Below, piece by piece: positions 18,901 through 27,471 of a stretch of 64,000 bases of DNA. Position numbers and translations under genes: made by a program. Position 1 is the stretch's first letter, and each line of letters begins with the position of its first letter. The notes beneath the pieces are model-generated. The model was not told the origin of the DNA, made no database searches, and saw nothing but the letters and a program-made list of their open reading frames with translations. The DNA is from a virus (Duplodnaviria > Caudoviricetes), in the IMG/VR virus record IMGVR_UViG_3300043748_000050, positions 1-64,000 of that record; one strand, written 5' to 3'.

Positions 18901-18944
18901 AAAAAGGCCGGGCGCCCTCTCACTGAGTAGGACGCCCGGCCGTT
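18901..18944. terminator. Probable bidirectional terminator between convergent arms
   Basis: AAAAA-GGCCGGGCG...CGCCCGGCC-GTT hairpin. Confidence 0.65.
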
Positions 18945-18992
18945 ACGTTGGTCCGTACTGACGGCCCTCCCTGGTCGCAACAGGGAGGGCCG

Positions 18993-19400
18993 TCAGGCTG
19001 TGGGCAGGGTCTGCTGGCCCCGGGGGCGCGGCTGCGCGGCTGCGGCGGTGGGCCAGGACAAGCCGCAGGCCAGGCAGAGGGCGTCGTCGCTGTCCTCCAT
19101 GTCCACCACCCTCCGGCTCGTACACGACGGGCACTTGACCCGGTCCTTCTTCGCCTTCAGCCTTCGGCGCTCCGCTGTGTCAGTACCACCCCAGTACCCT
19201 CGTTGACCATACGTCAACGCGTAGCGCAGGCACGTGTCCCTCACCGGACACGGGTTGCAGTACTGCCGGGCTCCTTCCAGACCCTCGGGGTCCTCCTTGT
19301 CGGGGACGAACACCTCGAGCGGGACTCCCTTACAGGTCGCCTCGTCCTGCCACCTGGACTCCGACGCAGCCCAGCTGCTGCCCGTCAATCGCTGTATCAC
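18993..19400 (-). CDS. whiB: WhiB-family transcription factor with C-terminal Zn ribbon
   Basis: W...A.C...C..CPV...C...GYWGG...ERR; extra CPSC...CLAC. Confidence 0.88.
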   Translation of the reverse strand: MIQRLTGSSWAASESRWQDEATCKGVPLEVFVPDKEDPEGLEGARQYCNPCPVRDTCLRYALTYGQRGYWGGTDTAERRRLKAKKDRVKCPSCTSRRVVDMEDSDDALCLACGLSWPTAAAAQPRPRGQQTLPTA

Positions 19401-19708
19401 TCAGTGCTCCTCGGACGTAGTGACACGTTCAAGACAGAACTATTGCGCCCCGTGGTGCGTTGGGAGCCGTACACACACGCATAAATGCGGTAACCACCTA
19501 AAGTGATAGATGCATTTCCGATTGTGATGAGCATGGGCGAGAGGCATATACCAATAACAGTCGGAGCACGTGGCAGCGTTGTCGGCCCCAACTGACGTGT
19601 GAAGAACGGGAGTTGCGAAGGGCAAAAGAACCGGCCCCGCGCCCGGTTTACGGGGCGGGGCCGAGGTGGCCGGAAAACGACTACTCGCCGTGATCCTTTG
19701 GCCTTTGG

Positions 19709-20149
19709 CTATTTCGAATCTCTGGCCATCGCTTCGGCGTCCATTCGCCCGGTGATTCCCGCGTGGTAACCGATCGTCCACGTCCAGTCCAGGTCTCCGT
19801 CGCCCCGGCGCACGACGTCCAGACCCGCCCCGTCCAGGGCGTGAGGGACGGTCAAGGAGCGGGTGTTGACCCGCAGCACCTCGTACCAGCGGTTCCGGTA
19901 CCTGACGAAATCTCCCCGGGAGAAGTCCTCACGGGACCAGATCTTGAGGCCTTCGGCCTCGGCACGGGTGACGAAGGCCCGCCAGCGGGCTATCTGAGCG
20001 TCCAGCTCGTCTCTCTGCTGGGCCAGCTCCCGGGCCAGCTCCGATCCGGGTGTGCAGCGGTCGAGCGACCTCGAGACCCGGCGGCGGCCGGCTTCCAACT
20101 TGTCGATGCGACGCAGTGCCGTCGCGAAGGCTGTCGTGGTGGTGCCCAT
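19709..20149 (-). CDS. Hypothetical protein
   Basis: GACCAAGGAA plus GGAGG upstream; WSREDF..GDFV...WYEVLRVN..SLTVP. Confidence 0.7.
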   Translation of the reverse strand: MGTTTTAFATALRRIDKLEAGRRRVSRSLDRCTPGSELARELAQQRDELDAQIARWRAFVTRAEAEGLKIWSREDFSRGDFVRYRNRWYEVLRVNTRSLTVPHALDGAGLDVVRRGDGDLDWTWTIGYHAGITGRMDAEAMARDSK

Positions 20150-20292
20150 GGTCGGGCCTCCCCTTCGTTCCTTGGTCCGGTAGTACGAGTGCCCCCGCCC
20201 GGGGGAGGTGGGCGAGGGCACTGCACGCCGTGGCAGGACGGGGGTTGTTCGCCACGGCGGGGTGGCACGGAGTGTGCCAGTGGTTCGCCGAA

Positions 20293-20748
20293 TCACCGAA
20301 CGGCCGGGAGCGCCCAGCGTTCGGCATCCGTGCGGCGCAGGTGGGCCGCTGTCGCGGCGCGGGCGCCCGGTGAGAGACGCACCGCGAGGTTGGTGGAGGC
20401 CATGCGGCCGCGCAGGCCGATGACGACTGCCGCCTCCCCGTACGGCTCGGCGCAGCGCAGCCACGCCTCGGTGTGCGTGGACCACACCAGCGCGAGTTCG
20501 TCCGGATAGACGGCCAGGCGGTACCCGGACCGGTCCAGCGGGTTGCCTCCCATGCTGGCCGGCTCGGCCTCGCCCGCGAACCACGCGGCCAGCGGGCGCA
20601 GCCACCCGGTCCGAAGGACGACGCTCATGCGGCCGCCGAACCCGGACCGGTCCAGGTCCCACACGGTCATGGACGTCGTGCCGTCGGTGGACTGAGTGAG
20701 CCGCAGTGCGGTGCCGGGTGCGCTCCCGGTGATCTCGAACGGTTCCAC
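20293..20748 (-). CDS. Hypothetical protein
   Basis: GACCAAGGAAGG upstream of GTG. Confidence 0.65.
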   Translation of the reverse strand: MEPFEITGSAPGTALRLTQSTDGTTSMTVWDLDRSGFGGRMSVVLRTGWLRPLAAWFAGEAEPASMGGNPLDRSGYRLAVYPDELALVWSTHTEAWLRCAEPYGEAAVVIGLRGRMASTNLAVRLSPGARAATAAHLRRTDAERWALPAVR

Positions 20749-20889
20749 GGTGGTGCCTTCCTTGGTCTGTTGCCGTGAGGGGCGGCGTGCTCCCGGCCGG
20801 TCACGATCCGGCATCTCCGCCTTGAGAGGGCGGAAGGCATCCATTACCCCACGGGAGCGGGTCGGGGCCTAACGGCCCCTGTTGAGCGG

Positions 20890-21096
20890 TCAGTTCTCAC
20901 CGTCCTCGCGGACCGGGCGGCGCCCGGACCACCCGACGAAGGCCGACGTGACACCCAGGGCGGTGCACGCGCCGGCGAGCATCGCGCCCGCCGTGGCAAG
21001 GGTCTTCGCCCCGTGCTCGGCCGCGTCGCCGGCCGCCACGGCGGAGCCGACGCCGACGGTCAGTAAGCCGGCTGCCAGCTTCAGGGACTTGTTCAT
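20890..21096 (-). CDS. Small 2-TM membrane protein
   Basis: Leader motif plus GAGGA; hydrophobic segments. Confidence 0.65.
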   Translation of the reverse strand: MNKSLKLAAGLLTVGVGSAVAAGDAAEHGAKTLATAGAMLAGACTALGVTSAFVGWSGRRPVREDGEN

Positions 21097-21141
21097 GATC
21101 GATTCCTCGTTCCTTGGTCGGTGGTGCTCGGGGTGGCGCGG

Positions 21142-21393
21142 TCAGTCCTCCGCGATGCTGACGGATCCCGGGGTGAGGACGTTCTGGGGCAGAGTGCCGT
21201 CGGGGACTTCCAGCGTCAGCTCCACGGAGGACCTGTCCTCGGAGACCAGCGCTCCGACGATCTTGCAACCCCCTTCGACCGGATGCCCGTGGACATTCAT
21301 CGGCACGGTCTTGCCCACTTGGCCGTCAAACGCGGTCGGCGTGAACTGAGTCCCCGGGTCGGCGGGAAGGGTGTGCTTCATTCGCTGCGTCAT
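21142..21393 (-). CDS. Hypothetical protein
   Basis: Clean ORF in the minus-strand operon. Confidence 0.55.
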   Translation of the reverse strand: MTQRMKHTLPADPGTQFTPTAFDGQVGKTVPMNVHGHPVEGGCKIVGALVSEDRSSVELTLEVPDGTLPQNVLTPGSVSIAED

Positions 21394-21426
21394 GGGTCCA
21401 AGCCTTTCACTTGTCGGCGGTGGCCG

Positions 21427-21696
21427 TCAGTTGTTCAGGGCGATACGGGCCTGCTCCTCCAGGCCCACGCGGGCGATCCTTCGCAGTTCCGCGCCCTCGG
21501 GGCAGTCGTCCTGGGTGTCGCGGCAGACGGTGCAGCCGACGACGTGGTCCCGGTACTCGGCGAACGCGTCGTAGTACGGCAGCGTCGCGATCAGGTCCCT
21601 CTCCGGCACCGCGAGAGCGTCCAGCTCCACGTGACCGTGTGCCTCGGCCGCGTCCTGCATGTCGTCCAGGTTCCAGTTCGTCCACGTCGTCCGCAT
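21427..21696 (-). CDS. Hypothetical protein (H..C..C...C)
   Basis: First gene after the promoter at 21730-21758; leader motif. Confidence 0.7.
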   Translation of the reverse strand: MRTTWTNWNLDDMQDAAEAHGHVELDALAVPERDLIATLPYYDAFAEYRDHVVGCTVCRDTQDDCPEGAELRRIARVGLEEQARIALNN

Positions 21697-21722
21697 GGCC
21701 GGTTCCTCATTCCTTGGTCTGA

Positions 21723-21758
21723 TGAATTAATTAAACCATAGCCCCGGAAGAGGGGCAA
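21723..21758 (-). promoter_or_regulatory. Sigma70-type promoter with palindromic operator-like -10
   Basis: TTGCCC-17bp-TTTAAT; -10 lies within TGGTTTAATTAATTCA. Confidence 0.8.
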
Positions 21759-21826
21759 TACCCTCGGCGCGTCCGGCCGCCGGATAGGCTCCCGTTCACC
21801 ACCACACCGACCAAGGACAAGCGACC

Positions 21827-22498
21827 ATGACACACCTGCCTCAAGAGGGCCGGCGCATCGGCATCGTCGGAAAGGGCGGTAGCGGCAAGTCCACCACGTG
21901 GGCTCACGTGCTCGCCTACTACGGATCCATCGGCGTACCGGCCATCGGCCAGGACGCGGACGAGCCCGGGGAGAACGAGAAGGGAAGCCTTCTCGCCTGG
22001 AGCGATAAGGTCAACATCGGGGCGCCGGTCTACCGTGCGCCGGCCGCGTCGGGGATCGGTGCCGAAGCCCGGCGTCTGACACCGCCGCACGGGGTCTGCC
22101 TCATCGACACCGGTGCGTGGGAACGCCGTAGCGGGAACACGCACTTCTCCGTCCTGGCGAACGTGGACCTGTGCGTGTTCGCCCTACCGCCCACGCCGAT
22201 GGAGATGGAGCGCGCGGGGTCCGTCATGAAGGCGTTCAAGCAGATGCGCGACTTCGGCCTCACCCCGCCGCGCACGGTGTTCTTGCTGACCCTGGTCAAC
22301 CCGAACGCCAACACCGCCTCCATTGGGGAGACCCGGGACGATCTGACGGACGCCGGGTTCCACGTGCTGACGACCACCATCCCCCGCAAGGACGGCCGGG
22401 GAAGCTACGCGCAGAGCTTCGGCACGATCCCCGACGTCCGGCCCGGCAGCCCCATGGCCCGGCTCGGGGACGAACTGCTGCGGGAGGTGGCTCTGTGA
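21827..22498 (+). CDS. parA: ParA-family partition ATPase
   Basis: KGGSGKSTT deviant Walker A, DAD, LIDTG. Confidence 0.88.
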   Translation: MTHLPQEGRRIGIVGKGGSGKSTTWAHVLAYYGSIGVPAIGQDADEPGENEKGSLLAWSDKVNIGAPVYRAPAASGIGAEARRLTPPHGVCLIDTGAWERRSGNTHFSVLANVDLCVFALPPTPMEMERAGSVMKAFKQMRDFGLTPPRTVFLLTLVNPNANTASIGETRDDLTDAGFHVLTTTIPRKDGRGSYAQSFGTIPDVRPGSPMARLGDELLREVAL

Positions 22499-23316
22499 GC
22501 CCTACGGGTACGCGCGCCAGCCGCGCTGATCTGCTGCGGGGGGACCGGTCGAACGCCGAGAGCGAGACGGTGAACCCCCTGCTGCCCGCCGAAGCCGCCA
22601 AACCGGCGAGCCCGTTCATTCCGCAGCCCGTCGACCCGGCAGCCGTCACTGGGTCCGCCGAGCAGCGCCTGGCCGCGTTCGAGGCCGCCATCGACCGCGC
22701 GAAGGAGACCGCTGGGACCACACTCAAGGCCGCCCGCGCCCGGTTCGTCGTGGAAGCCGGTACGGCCTTGAAAGCGATCCGAGACGAGGACGGCGGTCTC
22801 TACAAGGTCAGCCACGCCACGTTCGAGGAGTACATCGCCGGCCGGTGGGAGATGGACCGCTCCCGGGCGTACCAGCTCATCGACGCGGCGCCGGTCATGC
22901 TGGTCATGTCGAAAATTTTCGATGCCGCCCCGGTCGAGTCGCACGCCCGCATCTTGGCCCCGGTGTACGAGGGGCACGGCGAGCCGGCCGTCCGCGAGGT
23001 CGTCGCGGCTGTGAGCACCACCGGCGAGAAGATCACAGCAGCGGCCATCCGTGAGGCCGCCGGCCGGCTCAACTACCTGCCCGACCCGATCCCGCCGGCC
23101 GACGGCAAGCCCGAAGAACTGCCGACGGACCACAGCCGCACCGAGGCCCGCGCGCTGGTGCGCCTCGAACAAGGTCTGGCCGCGCTGAAGGTGGCGCACC
23201 GGGCGCTGCGCGGGCGGGTCATCCCCGACGCCGTGGCGGCCGACCACGAGCACGGCAGCGAGCTGGTGGGGGAGGTCGCCGACCTCGCGAGGAGGGTCCT
23301 CCTGCTGACGAAGTGA
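22495..23316 (+). CDS. ParA partner / centromere-binding-like protein
   Basis: Coupled to parA; G.AL.AIRD..LY....TFEEY...RW...RSRAYQLI HTH-like segment. Confidence 0.65.
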   Translation: MSPTGTRASRADLLRGDRSNAESETVNPLLPAEAAKPASPFIPQPVDPAAVTGSAEQRLAAFEAAIDRAKETAGTTLKAARARFVVEAGTALKAIRDEDGGLYKVSHATFEEYIAGRWEMDRSRAYQLIDAAPVMLVMSKIFDAAPVESHARILAPVYEGHGEPAVREVVAAVSTTGEKITAAAIREAAGRLNYLPDPIPPADGKPEELPTDHSRTEARALVRLEQGLAALKVAHRALRGRVIPDAVAADHEHGSELVGEVADLARRVLLLTK

Positions 23317-23326
23317 CGGCGCGCAG

Positions 23327-23358
23327 AAGCCCCGGTTCCCTCGCGGGGCCGGGGCTTC
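23327..23358. terminator. AAGCCCC-type terminator hairpin
   Basis: AAGCCCCGG...CCGGGGCTT between convergent genes. Confidence 0.7.
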
Positions 23359-23372
23359 TCGGTTGAGACGGG

Positions 23373-23492
23373 TCAGTCGGATCGGAACTTGGAGAAACAG
23401 CCGTAGCAGCGCCACCATGGCTCACGGCGCCAGGGCCACCGGCGCAGCCGCACGATGATGTGCTGGGCGCCGCAGTTCGGGCAGGCAGGCAT
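23373..23492 (-). CDS. Small Zn-ribbon protein
   Basis: CPNC...CYGC. Confidence 0.45.
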   Translation of the reverse strand: MPACPNCGAQHIIVRLRRWPWRREPWWRCYGCFSKFRSD

Positions 23493-23494
23493 GA

Positions 23495-23716
23495 TCACAG
23501 CCCCGCAATGACGCGGGCCGCGTTGCTGTCGGTGGCGTGGCCGTTCTCGCCCGCCCAGTCGGCGACGTCCAATGGCCACCGCTTGTCGAAGTAGCCGATG
23601 ACGACGGTGGCGCCCTCCTGGCGGACCGTGTGGACGGTGTCGCCGGGCCGGGAGGCCCCCTCGATGACGGCCGCCGCGTGCTGCTCGTCCAAGCAGATGA
23701 GCCGTGCCTCGGGCAT
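23495..23716 (-). CDS. Hypothetical protein
   Basis: Leader motif at 23731-23740 plus GAGGA. Confidence 0.65.
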   Translation of the reverse strand: MPEARLICLDEQHAAAVIEGASRPGDTVHTVRQEGATVVIGYFDKRWPLDVADWAGENGHATDSNAARVIAGL

Positions 23717-23843
23717 GGTCAGTTCCTCTCTTCCTTGGTCCGGGCGTACCGGTTGATCAGGGCGTGTGCCGCCCAGCCGAGGCCGAGCAGCAGCGCGGAT
23801 GCGAACGGCGCGCACACGATGGCGACGCCGATGGTTCGGGCGG

Positions 23844-24290
23844 TCACGGTTCCCCGTCCCCGGCGAGCCGCTTGAGCGAGTCGAAAGCGGCGCGGTCGGC
23901 GGCGGTGAATTCGTCGCTGCGCGATTCCATCCGTTCCTCAGCCTGGCCCAGGGCGAAGCGCAGCATCGTGCGCTCGGCGGAGTTCAGGGTCTGTGCAGCC
24001 ACGTACTCGTCCAGGGCTGCGGCGAACGAGGGAAGGTCTTCCTCTTCTGCCCCGGCCTGGACGTAGCCGAACAGACGGTCGCGCAGCTCGGCTGCGTCAC
24101 CTGATCCCCTTTCCGGCTCGGGCGGGCGCCGGTTGTCAGACGGCGCGTGCTCGGGTTCCGCGTTCTTGGCCGCGTCCATCGCAGCCTCCAAGCCGTCATC
24201 CCAGCCGGACCGGTAGCGCTGTGAGCCCGACGGGGGCTGTGCCTTAAGTCCGAAGATCGCGCGCACAACGCGCCGCGTGCGGTCGTCCAT
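23844..24290 (-). CDS. Hypothetical protein
   Basis: GACCACGGAA plus GAGGAG upstream. Confidence 0.65.
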   Translation of the reverse strand: MDDRTRRVVRAIFGLKAQPPSGSQRYRSGWDDGLEAAMDAAKNAEPEHAPSDNRRPPEPERGSGDAAELRDRLFGYVQAGAEEEDLPSFAAALDEYVAAQTLNSAERTMLRFALGQAEERMESRSDEFTAADRAAFDSLKRLAGDGEP

Positions 24291-24331
24291 CTCTCCTCGT
24301 TTCCGTGGTCGTCGGTCGCTTCGGTCGCTGT

Positions 24332-24430
24332 TGGTGGGTCCGTCCGGAGTTGAACCGGAGTCTTCCCGGAGCGCGGGAACCGACCAAGGAACGCGCTCGA
24401 CGGGTGCACTGCCTTCTGTGCTACGGACCC
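24332..24430 (-). ncRNA. tRNA-like RNA with anticodon loop replaced by a hairpin displaying UUCCUUGGUCGGUUCC
   Basis: GGGUCCG/CGGACCC acceptor plus ACCA; U8A9; D arm GCAC/GUGC with GG in the loop; T arm UCCGG-UUCAACU-CCGGA; anticodon arm CCCG+GAGCGCG / CGCGCUC+CGGG closing a 16-nt loop. Confidence 0.88.
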
Positions 24431-24468
24431 GCGTTGCCGGGATCACGGCTCCCGGCCGGCCGTCGTGC

Positions 24469-25002
24469 TCAGTCGGCCGGTGCGGCCTCGTGTTCATCGA
24501 TCCACTGCTGGGCGATGAGCCCGTTGAGGGCCCGGTACGCCGTACGACCGGAGTCCCGGTCGACCACGCTGTGCGTCAGCGGCGGCGCAGGCATGAAATC
24601 TCGGGCGGAGAAGTACCGGCCCTTGTCGCCGTCCAGGGCGACCAGGCGCAGCCGGTCGGCGACGATGTACTTCTCGCCCCGGAAGTCGGTGCGCCGGTAC
24701 CAGCCCTTGATGCCGTGCTCGGCAGCGTAGGCGTCGACCCGCTCGGCATGCCACGGCCGGGTGTCGTCCGGGGCGGCCGATTCGGCATTGGCGAGCGCCT
24801 TGAATACCTGGGTCACGGCGGCGCCGTCGGCCTGGAGCTGCGCGGCCCGCGCCGCGTACTCGTACGCCTTCACGCGGGCAGGGTGCTCATCAAGCAGCCG
24901 GAACGCCGTGACGATGTCGACGTGCGCCTGGCCGGTGAGCAGCGGGCGCAGGGTCTCTCCGGTCGGCTTCACGGGCGAGGCGGGGAGCAGGGACAGGTCC
25001 AC
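24469..25002 (-). CDS. Hypothetical protein
   Basis: Leader motif at 25016-25025. Confidence 0.7.
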   Translation of the reverse strand: MDLSLLPASPVKPTGETLRPLLTGQAHVDIVTAFRLLDEHPARVKAYEYAARAAQLQADGAAVTQVFKALANAESAAPDDTRPWHAERVDAYAAEHGIKGWYRRTDFRGEKYIVADRLRLVALDGDKGRYFSARDFMPAPPLTHSVVDRDSGRTAYRALNGLIAQQWIDEHEAAPAD

Positions 25003-25023
25003 GGTCGGTTCCTCGTTCCTTGG

Positions 25024-25254
25024 TCAGTTGACGGGGACGGTGCGCAGGCCGAGGTACAGGCCGCGTTCCCGGCCGACGTCGTAGACGCGGTTGACGATGG
25101 TCATCGCCTGGCCGTACGGCACACCGAGGGCGCGTAGCTCGTCTATGGCCGCCTGCGTCTGGTCCATGGCGGCGGTGAATCCGGGATCGGCGATGCGGTC
25201 CTCAGTGGTCACGGCGGGGTCCCCTCCCTGGGCGCCTTCGGCGGCTCGGATCAT
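25024..25254 (-). CDS. Hypothetical protein (start may be 25212)
   Basis: Downstream of the promoter at 25329-25357. Confidence 0.55.
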   Translation of the reverse strand: MIRAAEGAQGGDPAVTTEDRIADPGFTAAMDQTQAAIDELRALGVPYGQAMTIVNRVYDVGRERGLYLGLRTVPVN

Positions 25255-25321
25255 ACGGCCGAGGGCGGATTTTCGGTTCCTTGATTCCTTGGTCCGTCGG
25301 GCCGTCCTGTGGACCGCCCGA

Positions 25322-25357
25322 TGAATTAATTAAACCATAGAGGCCTGGCCGGTGCAA
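25322..25357 (-). promoter_or_regulatory. Promoter/operator cassette; likely drives the tRNA-like RNA operon
   Basis: TTGCAC-17bp-TTTAAT within the palindrome; terminator-like hairpin at 25371-25401. Confidence 0.8.
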
Positions 25358-25414
25358 CTCCGGACGGCAAAGAGCCCCGGAACCGCAGGGGCTCCGGGGC
25401 TCACGAACCGCTGG

Positions 25415-25891
25415 TCAGACGTAGCTGCGCGCGAAGGCTGCCGCGTCGGCGACCAGCTCGAGCACCTCGCCGGCGGTGCGGCCGGCTTCGTCGTTCCACG
25501 GCATCCCGGCGCCGAGCCGTCCGGTGCGCACCTGCACCATCAGGTCCAGGAACCGGTTCGCGACGTTGTACGTGGTGGACGCGTACGCCTCGAGCGGCAC
25601 GTCGGCCGAGTCGCCGTAGCCGAGCTCCGCCGCCACCGACAGGGCGCGCAGCAGGCAGACGGCGCCGGTCTCGTCCCAGAACTGGTCCTGGGTCCAGCCG
25701 CGCTCGATGAGGACGTTCAGCACGCCGTCGAGGTGGCGGGCCACGGCCTCGCGGGGCGCACGGAGCAGTCCGGCGCGCTGCCAGCTCCACACCGGGTTCT
25801 CGAGCAGCCGGGCCGCCGCGTCCAGGCGGGCGATGCGCTCCGCCTCGGCCACCGGGGAGAAGTCGGTGGCAGCGGTCGTCATGACGGTCAT
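25415..25891 (-). CDS. Hypothetical phage protein (DUF6197-like)
   Basis: GWTQ...G.VCL..AL...WND....R...EV...; own promoter TTGCCG-17bp-TTTAGT at 25931-25959. Confidence 0.65.
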   Translation of the reverse strand: MTVMTTAATDFSPVAEAERIARLDAAARLLENPVWSWQRAGLLRAPREAVARHLDGVLNVLIERGWTQDQFWDETGAVCLLRALSVAAELGYGDSADVPLEAYASTTYNVANRFLDLMVQVRTGRLGAGMPWNDEAGRTAGEVLELVADAAAFARSYV

Positions 25892-25982
25892 GAGGGTCCC
25901 TCTTTCCTTGGTCGCTGTTCCTATGGATTAACTAAACCAAGGATCCCGGGGTTCGGCAACCCCGGGATCCGGCCATTCGATG

Positions 25983-26222
25983 TCAGCTCGACAACCGGGA
26001 CAGCGCGCCCTCGCGGTCCATGAGAACCGGGTGCGAGTGCTTCCACCCCTCCATCGGGCCGACGATTCCGGCGGCTTCGAGCCGGCCGAGGATGGTCTGC
26101 GCCCCGGTGAACGTCACGTCGATGCCATGGTCCTGACGCAGCCGGCGCTTGAGCCCCGACGGCGAGCCGTGACGGGCGCCGGTGGTGACGATGCCGGCCG
26201 CGATGCGCAGTACGTTGTCCAT
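25983..26222 (-). CDS. Stand-alone FtsK gamma-like winged-helix protein
   Basis: GSPSGLKRRL...A..IL.RLEAAGIVGP.EG.K...VL matches the FtsK gamma consensus. Confidence 0.65.
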   Translation of the reverse strand: MDNVLRIAAGIVTTGARHGSPSGLKRRLRQDHGIDVTFTGAQTILGRLEAAGIVGPMEGWKHSHPVLMDREGALSRLSS

Positions 26223-26225
26223 GGG

Positions 26226-26681
26226 TCAGCCCTCCCGCTTGACCGAGTGCAGCGTGAACGTCCAGTTGGAGCGCGGCCCGTGCTCGGACCGGACCTGCAC
26301 CAGGGCCCGGTAGCGGGCCTCCAGCTCGGTGCGTGCGTGGACGAAGATCGGGTACAGCTCGTTCCCGTCGCCGTCCGGCTGCACGGCCCTGTGCTTCAGC
26401 GTCACGGTCCACCGGCGGAACTCCACGCGGCGCGGGAAGACCTGGGACGGCCGGTACCGTCGCGCGGTGTCCTCGCCCTCCTGGGAGCAGCGCAGGTGCA
26501 GGCCGTTCCGGTCCATCCGGACGTACACGGCCGGGAACTCCACCTCGTTGCCGTGCTCGTCGTAGGTGCGGATTGTAACGGGTTGCCCCGTAGTCGCCTG
26601 GCCGGGGCGCAGGTGGGCCAGTCCGGGACGGGTGGCCCGAAGGGACACCGTCGGCCTCTCCACCGAATAGCTGGTCATCAC
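26226..26681 (-). CDS. Hypothetical protein
   Basis: Leader motif at 26699; promoter/operator at 26724-26765. Confidence 0.65.
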   Translation of the reverse strand: MMTSYSVERPTVSLRATRPGLAHLRPGQATTGQPVTIRTYDEHGNEVEFPAVYVRMDRNGLHLRCSQEGEDTARRYRPSQVFPRRVEFRRWTVTLKHRAVQPDGDGNELYPIFVHARTELEARYRALVQVRSEHGPRSNWTFTLHSVKREG

Positions 26682-26794
26682 GGGCCCTACTTTCCTGGTT
26701 CCTTGGTCCCCGACCTAACGTGCCGGTTTAGTTAAATCATAGGCGGGCCCCGGGGGCGTGGACAACCCCGGGGCCCGGACTTTCTGCGATCGGG

Positions 26795-26986
26795 TCAGCG
26801 GATGGGCTTCCCGCACTGTTCGCAGTGGTACGTGTAGACCCGCATCAGATCCCGGCGCCGGGCCGGGTCCAGACGACGCCCTCGAAGACCCCGCGCGCAC
26901 CCTGGGCAGAACCAGAGACTCCCGTCGTCGGTGAACCCCACGATCTCGCTGCCGTGGTTGTCCGGCGGGGTGCGCTGCTCAGCCAT
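26795..26986 (-). CDS. Small Zn-finger protein
   Basis: CPGC...CEQC; AGGAG RBS. Confidence 0.55.
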   Translation of the reverse strand: MAEQRTPPDNHGSEIVGFTDDGSLWFCPGCARGLRGRRLDPARRRDLMRVYTYHCEQCGKPIR

Positions 26987-26989
26987 GCG

Positions 26990-27157
26990 TCACTTCTCCT
27001 TCGTTCGGCGGCCGGTGACGACGCGGAACGTGTCGGATGCCAAGTCCATCACGACCTCGGCGTCCGGGTGGCCGGAGCTGCGTTCCTGCTGCGCGCGTTC
27101 GTCGGCGGGGCGTTGCCCTCGCGGGTGCCCTGCGGGGGAGCTGAACAGAATCTTCAT
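26990..27157 (-). CDS. Small hypothetical protein
   Basis: Leader motif at 27171-27180. Confidence 0.55.
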   Translation of the reverse strand: MKILFSSPAGHPRGQRPADERAQQERSSGHPDAEVVMDLASDTFRVVTGRRTKEK

Positions 27158-27249
27158 GGTCGGTTCCTCGTTCCTTGGTCGGGGAGGCTGAGCGGCCTCG
27201 TGAGGAGCATCGGCGTACGGGGTCCGTCGTCGATGCTCCCGGGTGGGGC

Positions 27250-27423
27250 TCAGGCTTCGTTCGTGCGGCGTTCGTCCAGCTCCGTCAGAACCTGGTCGAT
27301 CTCGTTGTGCATCTGGTCCTGACCGACCTGCCAGCGGGTCTCGCCGTAGCCCTTGGCGATTTCCGCCATGGCTGTAACGGCCGTCTCCAGTTGTTCGGTG
27401 CTCAGCTTGTCGTAACGCGACAT
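27250..27423 (-). CDS. Small hypothetical protein (57 aa, absent from the ORF track)
   Basis: GAGGAGAGGAA RBS; MSRYDKLSTEQLE... Confidence 0.6.
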   Translation of the reverse strand: MSRYDKLSTEQLETAVTAMAEIAKGYGETRWQVGQDQMHNEIDQVLTELDERRTNEA

Positions 27424-27471
27424 GATCGGTTCCTCTCCTCGGGTAAGTGAGGCTGAGCGGCCTCGTGGGGT

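Noticed and set aside
19401-19700. AT-richer gap upstream of whiB as an origin or ncRNA
   Set aside because: Only a terminator-like hairpin (about 19632-19663) and probable promoter sequence; no iterons or recognisable fold.
24332-24430. Ordinary tRNA gene, or tRNA with an intron
   Set aside because: No 7-nt anticodon loop can be formed or restored; the insert is far too short for a group I intron and has no bulge-helix-bulge.
27185-27467. About 19-bp repeat GAGGCTGAGCGGCCTCGTG at about 27185 and 27449
   Set aside because: Only two copies flanking a small gene and no assignable structure; probably a recombination scar.
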